Assembly: GCA_963924565.1 (NCBI GenBank)
Contig: OZ004613.1
Span: forward strand, 13,578,001-13,642,000
Source: Ascidiella aspersa
Taxonomy: Eukaryota
DNA length: 64,000 nt
Direction: 5' to 3'
The position numbers were made by a program, and so were the translations under genes. The notes below the pieces were generated by a model that was given only the letters and a program-made list of their open reading frames with translations, was not told the DNA's origin and made no database searches. Shown here in pieces: positions 36,501 through 48,500 of the stretch; within the stretch, counting starts at the first letter, position 1, and every line of letters starts with the position of its first letter.

Positions 36501-39500
36501 ATTTGTTTCGTGCTTTCTTGTAAACAGAAGTCATCTAACTTTTTAACAGGGGACAAGATTAATTTAAAAGCAATGTAAATTTTGTTGACCACAATACTAA
36601 ATTTCGACAATGGTTAAGCCAGAAAAAATTTTTTTTTTTTTTTACAAGACAAAATTTGTTTATGCCTCAAATACAAATTTTAAATGTAGGTTTTGGTTTA
36701 CAAATTTTTTTAGTGTTTGTCGTGCAGTGTGACAACTGATAACTTTACGGGCCGGTATGGCCAACCGTTGATCAGGATAGTCTAATTGCGGGTCAAGGTA
36801 AAACAAAATGTGGCATGGAACGTTCATATTGAATATAAAGGGTAAATATTTTTTGAGTGGGTAGAAATGATCTGTTTGTGTTTTTGTTGTGATTGCGTCA
36901 TACGCCAAATGTGGCGAGCGGGACGGGCAGAGCAGAACATACCAGGCAATATTGCACGGCAAACCATGGGACGACTGTATTGCTCATATATGGCGGGTTA
37001 GTAGATTGACTGCAAACTGATCGATCGATTTCATGCACACGCCTCGGCTTGTTGCGTCACGCACCTATGACGTCACACGCACGCACACACGCGATGAACG
37101 GGCGCGAAGCGCGTTCTCGCGACTTCGGGGCATACCACATGACACAAAACGCTGCTTGGTTAGACATGATCCATGTCGCACACGAATATTCCCCGGTGAC
37201 GAAAAAATGGCTTTTTCCTGGTCGTGACGTCACTATGACGTCGTTCAGTGACGCAATACTCACCAGTGGACATGGGGAATCGATTCCTGGTGCTCCTTGG
37301 TCGCCTTGGACGCCCTTGAATCCGCGTCGGCCCCGTTTGCCATTCTTGCCCCTCTGAAATGACGTCACGAGCACAAGGCAGGGTTAGCGAGTTAGTAATG
37401 ACGGCACACAACAAGCAGGTCCTGACCCCATCAGGTTTTGGCGCGAGGCCAAGCGATACAGGCAAGGGGTGTGGGCACGCAAAAAATGCAGTGCACACTC
37501 TTTTGAGACTTGGCGTTCTCTTGCATGTTTAAAAACACACAAAAAACGACGAACGTGCATGGAGGTGAAACGTCACCCTTTTATGAAATATTTGGAAAAC
37601 AGTTTTTGAGGGGAACGTGTCGATTAGGTTTGCTGTATTTGTTTAAAGCTTTCTTTGATAATCCTAATTTGTGTGAATATTTTTTCATTGTCTTACTTTT
37701 TCTATAGAAGCCAGAAAAGTTTACACGTTCCCTTCAATAAATGGTGGGCATGCAATTTTACAAAATACGAGCAAAGTTGTTTTTGTGACTGCGGCGTGTT
37801 GTGTGATACGTATTTCACATATGAATTTACATCAATTACATATAGTTTGGGATATTTTTGATGCTAAACAGACACAATTTATGTTGCTGTAACAGAATTT
37901 AGTACACAATATAACAAAAATATATTTTGGTAAAGTGTTACGCAGACTTTATATAGGTTTAAATTTAGAATATATTAGACAACACATTTTCTGTAATTCA
38001 TAGTAAAACTAGACAAACTAAACAATTGTGTCGCGTGTAGAAATAAACAAGAATACATTTTTACCAACTGCATCTTACCTTTCCAGGTGGTCCCTGCAAA
38101 TAAACAGAATCTCGTTTAGACAAAAAACGTAGAAAATAAAAAGTAAGAGTCTAACTTAATAAGATCGGTAAACACCGTAAGAGCTTATAAGTTAATAACT
38201 TAATATCGCAACATTTTACGTTCTACGTTTGGCATCATTAGGTGTTGCAAAGAGTCATATTGTAGCTGTAGCTAATAGGCCTACCAATCTTAAGTAAATT
38301 AGTCAAATTTTGCGGAACAAACTCCGACGGGCGCTGATATCTTAACATCACATGCTTATTAAGACGGTTAAACGTTAAGAATAGTAAATTAAATGAACAC
38401 TTACTCTTTGTCCTCGATTGCCACGGTCGCCTTTTGGTCCAGTGAATCCAGGTGGACCCTGTAACACCAAAGTATCGAATTTTATCGTTGCACAGCTCAA
38501 ACGCGTTTTTTTGACAGCGCCTAATTATAACCTAGACGAAAAAAACATAAAAACATAGAACGCTAACTTACGACTGGTCCGAGCGGTCCCTGGTCGCCTT
38601 TGAGGCCAGCTGGTCCTGGAAGACCCTGCAAACAGAACAGAGGTTTTAACTTACAGTTAGCCAGAAAAACATTACGAATTTTGTACAGCCGTCACTTACC
38701 GTTGCGCCCATGCTTCCCTTGGGTCCCTGTAATAAAAAATCCAGAGGTTATTGGTCGGCTTGCACACATATGCGACAATACACGAACATACATATCGAAG
38801 TTTACCATTGCGTTAACTTAACAAATACTGTAGGTTTGATCAACAAATGTTGTTTTCAATTATTCGACAGCGGTTGAAACTAATTTTACCAATTAGTTGT
38901 GTATATCTGTCGTCAGAACACCAATTAACCAAAATATAAAAAACACCATTTTAAACTTTAGGTTTTAGGCATCGACAATAATAATCGCAAGAATTTACAA
39001 AAAAAACGCCACCACCAAACAACAAAATCACCTTTTAATTTTTACAACGAAGTAGTCCGAGCCGAAAATCGTCCTAAACGCGGCAATAAACGGTAAAATG
39101 AGGAAATCACCGAGGAACAAGCATGCGTTTTATATAAAATAGGCCACCGTTTTCAATCAAACTTCTCGCCGCCCCAAATGACACCCGGTCGTTACCAATC
39201 AGTTTCTACCTTATCACCCGGCAATCCATTTAGGCCGGCCTCTCCAGGGTAACCGTCAAGGCCAGGGGAGCCCTGTGTGTTCAAGCGAGACAAACGAATG
39301 AAAAAAGGTTTGATCGGTATTGGTTAGTATAAACTCGAGCGGCGGCATTGCATTGCTTCTTTCAACTTAATGTAGTAAGTTGGTTTTGAGGTACATTAAA
39401 GAAGGGTTTAATGCACTCGTAATACATAAACCTTAAACCTGCTAAAGCCATTGATCAGCCTTAACTCATTTAAACAAGAGCCTTCAGCCAATGACAAACG

Positions 39501-42500
39501 GATTGAAGCGTTAAGATATTAATGTAACCAGAATTCCGCCTATTTTATTTTTAGTAAACTTACGGGAAGGCCGAGAGATCCTCGTTCGCCTTTTTCTCCT
39601 TTGCCGTCTTTTCCGTTGAGACCCTAAAGTAGCAAAACAAAAATGTTATAAACCGCCTTTAACTATAAAGGCAAAAGTGTACGATCAAACGCGAACGAAT
39701 CGCTCGCTGATTGGCCGCATTATTGCATACTTACGTCACTACCGGCTACTCCTCTCGGTCCACTTGGTCCCATCGGTCCTGGGGGTCCTCTGGGGCCTGG
39801 AATCTGTAACCAGCAGAACACAAAGGGGGTCAGGCGAGGTCAAAGCGAGTCCGCGGTGTTCGGGTCCCGAGAGACCGACACCGGAATGCCGTAGTAGGAC
39901 TTGAAGGTTGGGGAAGTTAAGCCTCTAACAACTTTAGCAAGTTGGAAAGTGCAAACCCGACTCAAAGGAGGATTAACGAGGAATGCGTTGGGCGTAAGGA
40001 GCAAACCTTTTTTTGTTTCCAGTTGCAAAACGGCACATACAGCATGCAGCAAGTATATGAAAACAAGTGCTGCAACAGTGCAACATGTTTTCTTGTGAAT
40101 ATGCTTTACAACTGGCTGATTTTAATCAATTTATTTAGCTACCAGTAATTGATTAGCTATCAGTAATTGATTAGCTATAGAATAAGTTTAACGAATAAAC
40201 CAACAACTAGGGACAAAAGTTAAAATGCAGTGTGAGAGCATTTTGGATTAGTCAACTTTCCAACGAAAACACAGCAAATGGAATGAAGTTTAGTATCTTA
40301 CAAACAACAGAGCACGAGACTACAAACGACAAAAAAACTTATTTTGACATAACAAAGGCTAAACAAGAGTATTATTGATGAGCGTTAGTATTCACGATAG
40401 CGGCAAACACATAGTTAAGCTGAATATCTGGAATATCGCCAACACCCTGTCGCATTCCACAGGATTTTATAACGAGATATTGCACATGCGATAAAAACGT
40501 GCAGTCCAGATGCCGAAAACAGCAGGCATCGGTCAGTGCCTATACAAGAGCGACATAAAATAGACAGCTAGGCCGTGGGTGTTAGGGATGTCCATAAGTA
40601 TCGAACCAGAACCAATAACCAATTCTAGTAAAATACCTTTACCCTACATAAAGGTTTATTGACGTTTCGACATGAACTGTAGGATAAAGATTTTGGCCGA
40701 TTTTTTTAAACGACTTTTGACTGGACAGTACCATTTGGTAATAAATAACACGCTTTTAACAGCAAGTGGTAACACGTTTTAAAGTTGAGTACATCTATCA
40801 TGGCTTAATATAGGTTGCTATTTATTTATGTTTTAACTTTAACGACAAAATACCACGAGATTTTGCCGTGAATATGTATTCAATTGCTATATTTCCTATG
40901 ATGCCATCAATTACTATCTATTTTTTAAATCTAGTAGCGATGCAGTAAACTTAAATAGGACATCCCTACATTTGCAAGAAAATAAGCAAGAGCATGATGT
41001 TATAAATTAAAGAAAACAAGCTACAAAAATGGCAGTGCAACGGCAGCCACGCCAACAAAAAACCGAGCAAGCGACAACAGCGAAAACACCAAAACTGTTA
41101 CAATGGTGTGTATACTAAATACGCACGTAACGTCCTCTTGTGACTCCGATAGGTGCCGGGCCAGGCGCACAAGTACAGCTCTGGGCAAAGTGGAAAAAGC
41201 TCCAGGGTTAGATTGTTTTATCCCGACAATAAATCACACGTAATCGACCAGCAGTTAGAAACTGGTAAGGTCTATTACTTGTGGTTTTGATTTTAAGGTT
41301 TAAGAGCTAGGAATTTAATAGGACCAAAAGCTTTTGCTAAACGTCTAATAAAACAACAATAGCTGCGTAAACTATTTTTATATAATCAGTGCTAGATTAA
41401 GTTGGAGTCGATAAAGAAACCGTTTCGTTCTTCTAATACACATCTAAATTCCTTCTTTCAACACTACCAACGGCTATAATATTTTAGGCAAATACAAATT
41501 ACTTTTTAACTGATTAATTTCGCTCACTTAGTAACTGAAATACGTTTTTATTGTCGTTGATCTGCATAAGAGCAGGACAGGACAAAATATTGGCTCTGAC
41601 TGAATTCTATAAAATTTGTTGTTAATCTCCGACCAAATCTTTTTAATCACTTACTCCAGTTCCGTTTAGTCCAGGTGTTCCGTTCAAACCAGGTAATCCA
41701 TTTTCACCCCTTAAGCCGGGGTCTCCCTTTTCTCCGGCTTTTCCCGGTTGACCCTGAAGACGAAAAAAGAGCTCGGCGTAAAATTCGCAGGCCAAATATA
41801 CACCGGGTGCAAAATTAACTGTCGAAACTTACCACTGGACCTTCTGGGCCCGGATTCCCCAAATCTCCCTTGGGTCCTTGAAGGCCCTGACCACATGCAA
41901 AGGAAGAAAGTGAAAAATATGCAATTGCAAAATTTAAGTTGCCCAAAATTGATTTAATTTACCTGTGGACCTGGTGCTCCGACCAAACCGTCCAAACCAG
42001 AGTAGCCGATTTGACCCCGTTCGCCCTGGAAAGGTAAGATTGTTTAGCAAATAAAGCACACAGAAAAATCGTATGGTAAACCACGATTATATATCAATGT
42101 CATCAGTAACTGTATAGCTGTATAGGTATAAAGGTAACAACAGAAATGTCCCGAACCATGCAATTACCTTGGCGCCATCTCTTCCTGATGTACCTTCTTC
42201 TCCCTAAACAAGCGTAGAACAAAAAAAAATTAAATAGCGAAACTCATAATGGTGAAAAAGCGATTGTCAAAAGCGAAGCTAAGTAATAATATTGATATAT
42301 ATTGTCAAGAATAAGGAAAGCAGCCTACTTTTGCGCCGTTCTTTCCGGGTAGGCCAGGAAGTCCAGGTGGTCCTCGAACTCCGTAAGAGGGTCCCTGTTC
42401 GCATTGAAATAAACAGGGATAAAAAACGATTTCGCGCAATTGGTTGCAACCAATAAACGTACCAATTTGTATCTGCATTTTTTTAGCATTATTGTTACAA

Positions 42501-45500
42501 CGAATCACATCAAAACATGTTTAATTTCGTCATAATATTCTCCGAACGAAGATAATAAAACAGTTTAAAATAACTGCAGAGCACAGCTGAACGCCGCTCA
42601 TTAGGCGCTCATAGGTTACACTTCGCAACAGCATCACAGCAGCAACAACAACAGCAGCAACAATTACTACAACGCAAACCATGTACGGCCAACACGTAAA
42701 GTTAGAAGGAACAGCTATGAAATAGGTTAGAATTGAGAGAAAAGTGTATGACGCACCTTTAGGCTGGCCTGCACGTCCTAAAGTTGGAGAGGGAAACAAA
42801 AAGAACACACGAGAGTTAGTGCTAAAGCAAGAATGGGTTACTGGGAGAAACACATAGAGTTTGTTACTACACACTTGCTACACGCTTGCTGTGTTAACAT
42901 GGATACAATTATGGTCGAGAAATGAAAGTGTTGGTTAATTTTAAACATAACTTTACTAACTATAGGGGTTTATAAAATTACTACGTTAAAGGCGTTCATG
43001 TTTTACAGGCATGCTGATAAAAAGTATAGATCTCAATCGGTAAAACTATTATTTAAAGATTTTATTTGCCTGAAAGTGAATTAAGTATAAATGGCGCATT
43101 TTATGCCGAGTTTTATCGGTGGGAATAGTTAATAGCAGAGCTTCCCAAACTGTGGGTCACGACCCTGAGATACCGGAAAGTCTTTAATAAGGCCCAGCGA
43201 ATTTTTATACAAAGTGTTATATCTACATAAAATGTAATTTTTTCACATCGGATATGCATAAATTTAATAGTTTTGCAAAACACTTTTCACACTGAGTTGC
43301 AGACTGCTTTAGCAAATGTGTGTAGAACCATAAAGTCTGTCCACTCTAAGAGGTCTAAAAATATAATGAAACCTTAATGGGTGAAGGACTAAATAGTTTG
43401 GGAAGCTACAGAGTTGTATGAACAAAATCATATATAGGCATGCAAAGGGGAAGTACCTCGGGCGTTAGCAGAAGTAGGGACTCGCCGGGCGGGCCCTGCA
43501 GTATGATGTCACAATGGGTTGGATGACGTACACGGCAAGGGGGTGCGATGCAAGCAACATGCGGGAAGGGAAAATAGCAAGAACGACAAGGTTAGTTGAT
43601 TAGTGGGTTAGAATGTAACGAAAGATCGTTGAGCGATTTTCGTGGTAAATCTCTAGAAATCTTGTTTCTGAGAGCAATGCCTGGGATGCAGGATTTATTT
43701 CATAGCTTTCGGTGGCAAAAACGATTTTCCGAAGGATAACGACATTTGTTTTGTCCTGACTTGCCCTCAGAAACGACATTTTTAGATCACTGCGCTCATC
43801 AAAACAGCAAGGGGCACGCAGTTGCACTTCACAAACACAAAAAGCTACCTCGGCCGCTAAAATCGCCACAAACGTCAAGACAAAATTAATCGACGAACGG
43901 CCCAATGAACACGATGATTCGACACAGAGCCAATTCACGAATGCAAACAATCACAACGGATTTGATTCGGCGGAGTGCGGAAAACTAAGGGCTTGCTAAA
44001 ATTTAAAAATGAAAAAATACGTGTAATCCCTAGTGAATTTAAACGAGAACGATAATAATCGATGGTTTGAACAAAATTTGCTACCGCCCGATTCCAAAAT
44101 GACGCCATTACTTTGGTCAAACAAGCGAAATAGATAAAAGTGAATCAATCCAAGTTAAGTTTTAGATTAATTCGGCAAAAATTTATCAGCGTTTAAGAAG
44201 TATAGTTTCTTGACGATGTTCGATTTTTCGTTAAAGTAAACCGTTGAAATTATTTTACAAATTTGGCAGTACCGGATGAGAAGGATTTCTGGACGTATTG
44301 CAAGTATCAATACTAGAGGTATAGGGTGAGGGCTCCGATCTGATGAACACGCAAGAACTCTAATTTCCGCAGTCCACCGATTCCGCTCTTTTGTCGATCG
44401 ACGGCCGCACACACAATACAGCACGCGCAATTGAACGTTGAGCGTCAACGGCCGTCGCAATGGCGGTACACGTCAGGGTTGTCAACTAGCTTACACGGCA
44501 AAGTTCCGGAACTCACATGTTCCCGGCGCCCGTGTCGGCACACAAAACGAAACAAAACAGAAAAAAGGCGCCCGGGAAAGGCCAAATCAACCACTGGTGG
44601 CCAGTGTTATGCACAGCACTAAAACAGCAAATATATACCGGCTGGAGTGGGTGCGGACTGCCAAAAATCCTGCTACCGGAGAAGAGAGGTGGAGTCGACT
44701 AGGGAGAAATCGAAAATCACATCGCGCAAAAAATGATTCGGCACGATCGAAGAGTTATTTCGAAAGGAAGTTTATTTAATAAAAACTATTGCCGTTGTTT
44801 TCTTGTCTGGATGCTATCATAGCAAACACCGTGTAGGAAAATGTGACGCATTTTAAACGACAATTTACTTGCATTTCGTAATACGACTTCGTACGGTTTC
44901 GCAAACCAGACGCTACAATACTTGAACGGTTTAAACAAAGGCGGACGTAAGTAACGTTAATGTACGAATGAACTTGAATAATTATTGAGTTCAATAAAGA
45001 AAATCAATTAACTTACCGCATGTCCAGGGGCGCCTTGTGAACCCTGTTGGAAAAACACTCTTTGGTAAATAACACTTAGGTTGAAAAAGTTATAGCAAAT
45101 ATTATGTGAGATGAACATCAGTGTGCTGGCCCGGTAGAGACCTGCTTCAATACGACGTAAACTAATGCCTACAAAAAATAGAAATAAACAATACTGAACT
45201 TACTTTTTGGCCTGGCTTTCCATCAACTCCCGGTGGGCCTGCAATCTAAAACAAGGTAAAAAATATGTCAGTTTGAAAACATCGACTAAAGTTGAGACCT
45301 GAAGAGTTGTCACTGAAATCGTTGTTTTTTTCTTGCTACTTACGGCTGGGCCTGGGGGGCCTGGTGGTCCGGGGGGTCCCGGTAGTCCTGGTGGGCCTCG
45401 GTAACCCATCTCGCCCCGGTCGCCTTTCTGTACGCTACTCGTCCTGTCTGACGGCGAATACTGAAAACAGCGATCAACATAAAAAAATGCTGATGAAAGC

Positions 45501-48500
45501 CAACACAATTGACATGAACAATACCTAAAGGTTCATTACGTAATTTGACTCAGGAAAACACAGCAAAAAAAACAAAAGTGTGAATAAATCTGATAAAAAT
45601 CCATCTGGACCAATATTTACCAATAAACTAGTTTGTCCCAAGACTGTCTTACCGAATTCTGACTTTCTTGGAACTTTTTCACGCTCATCACTCGTTGGAT
45701 TTGTTGCTGTAAATTTACAAGATAGAAATTAGTAAATAAGGCTTGTTGCTTTAGGTTAAGAAAAAAAATACACACAAAATAAGCAACATCAAACGTATAA
45801 CATGCAGTTAATGGCGGTATTCTTGCATGCAGATAAAAACGTCACATATCGTCGTTTTATCATCAAAAAGACTACTGCATTATATATCTAAAAAAATAGT
45901 ATTTCTTTCATGTTTTTTTTTTATAAGGCTTTGGAATGTTATTTCGGCCGCAGGTTTCTATTTAGTCCAAAAACGAGGGAGAAAATATGGCGATATATTA
46001 TTAATTTCTGAATGTCAAATATCAAAATCGAGTCACGTTTTTGGACAAGCTGTGTTACAAATAATGGTAAAAAACAGTTACAACTGGTTTCGGTTAGCGT
46101 GCAAAAACTAAGGGTTTGGAGTAAGTGGTTCATGCTGTGCCGGTTCTCTACCTTGGCCACCTCGTTTTTATGGCGGAAAATTTCCAGGCCGTCCAGGGAC
46201 AACCGGGCGCCATCTGGAAGCGCGACGATCGGTTCGGCGACCTGCCGGATATCACAGGACAACCGGTCATGAAACAAGCATGCATTGTTCTGATTGTCGA
46301 TTGTTTGTTTTTTTGAACGAAAACAAAAACACCCAACACCACGTAAAACACAAAGCATCATAAAGCTGCTGTTTTTTTCCGGCTTCGGCGGGCGCTTTTC
46401 GCCGGCGGTTTACAGTTGAGGCTGTTAGGGATGGGATTTGTGTTTTATGAGTTTATGTTGTTTATTTTTAAGTTTTAAATAGTTTTTTTCAATTGGTAAA
46501 AATTGCATGTGTGTAAAAAACTAGATGGGAGTATGTCATTTGTACAAATACAACATATGTCAAGAAATAATACCCGAATCGATAAAATTCCGCTTATATT
46601 GGCCACGTTACGTGTATTTATTCCAGCTATTTGTTTAGAGGATCACTCTTATCACTCTTTAAAATCCCATCCCAAGCTGTAAAGTCTAATAAAAGCCACA
46701 GTCAGCTTATGCTACATTCATAATTAAATTGCAAGGCGGGAAAACAAAAATGTGCAGAAGGGTGACTACTGATAACTTATAATCATAACATAATTAGTCC
46801 TTCTTTTCGACACCAAGTTTACAGAATTTCCCGCCTTGACAACGAAATCACAACACTGCAAAATACATGTCAAACAGGTTCCGCAAATTTTGTGGCCGTA
46901 AAGGACGTTTATGTATAGTTACAAGGGAGTGCGATAACAAATTCTGAGCAAGTATAGCGTAGAAATGTTGTCAACAGTATCGAGATTTGGGAGTTTTTTG
47001 GGTTATTCCAACAGCACATTGATAAAGGTATGAATTTTCCGGTAATTAAGTTAGGTGGCATTTTATTTATGGTAAAATTCGCGGAACCCTGATGTAACGG
47101 CACGCGGAGTCCGCATACCACAAAATGAACAAATGACTTCACCATCGAGCAACCAAGCTAGCAATGCATTCGATATTATGTAATTGACTCAATGTCGCGG
47201 ACAATGAGTTGCGATATGTGACTATGTGACGCTGCACTCGCACCGTCGACTCAAGCAGCTGTTCCAGTGACGTAACAATACTACGGCGCGTGACGTCAAT
47301 GGCTAATCGATGCTGAGCTCGCGCTTTGTATTCTGCGTTATGGCGCCCGCGACAAAGCACGAAACACACTTACCTGAGATGATCTGAAGCCGTTTCCAAT
47401 GTCACCCTTCTCTCCCTTTTGACCCTTTTCGCCCATTTCCCCTTCAAGTCCTGTCAGACCCTGAAATATTGCATGTCATATTGGTTATTGGTTACAGTTG
47501 GGCGTGATGATACTGCATCTTATTCAAAAGCGAAAAGGTCACACTGCAGCGGGCGCATCGCTTAAAATAGATGGCAGTAACGGCGCTATGGAAGTGAATT
47601 AACCCGATGATATAAATCACGTCATCACAACAAATTGCCCTCCATTGCATTGACTGACGTTGCAAACTTATAGGTAGTTTTATCATGCACTTTAAAATCA
47701 ATACAGTCCAAGGTAAATGTATTTTGAAGTAATTTATAGCCTTTCAAACGATTTTCAGTTTTCAGAACGGCCTAAATTCTAATGTGAAAATGTATCAGGC
47801 TACATTTTCGTTGCAATGAAAGCTTGGCTTTGAAGAGTTAAGCGAACCTAAAAATGAAAATATTGGAAAAACATTTTCGTTCATCTTACCGGAATGCCTT
47901 TGGCTCCTTTCAGTCCAGGAAGGCCATCGCGACCCTGCAAGACAAAACAAAGTGGTTTGTCGTGTAAGTCGGCGGATATTACGTGCACCAAGGAAAAGGA
48001 AACGGTACGACTTACCGGTTCGCCTTTGACACCTGGCAATCCCACTAGACCCTGTGTGGAAAGGAAGCAAACAAGTTAGAAGGGGGCCAATGCTTCATGT
48101 CAATCTCTGAAATTCTTAGGTTGATTGGATTAGACGTAATGCCGAACGGTGTTGTAGACTTAATCCCGGCTAATTTCCGGAGGGTAAATGCACTTTTCCG
48201 CTTAGTAGGCCCACGGGTTAAATTAGGCTTAGGGAATTTGTTTTAGGAAAGCGATTTAATTTAGTAGGTAATAAATTTATTATTAAAAACAAACATACAA
48301 TGAAGTAATTTGAACTTGAAACTTACCGGTTTGCCTGTAAGGCCGATTGGACCCTATAAAAACAAAAAAAATACTTTAGACTGCATTTTTTAAAATAAAT
48401 AAAAATATAGGGGGCACGTTGCTAAAGAAATAACTAAAAATGGTGGCAACAGGTTAGGTATCTTAAAAATCCCAACAAAGTAGAAATCCAATGGAGGTCG

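Noticed and set aside
39840-39935. Extra non-collagenous collagen exon
   Set aside because: Coding-like composition but no convincing phase-0 donor/acceptor pair.
45204-45238. Apparent frameshift at a collagen exon using the TGCAG acceptor
   Set aside because: The upstream TTTTAG acceptor (45246) gives a 42-nt in-phase exon [14 protein letters not shown], so no pseudogenisation is implied.
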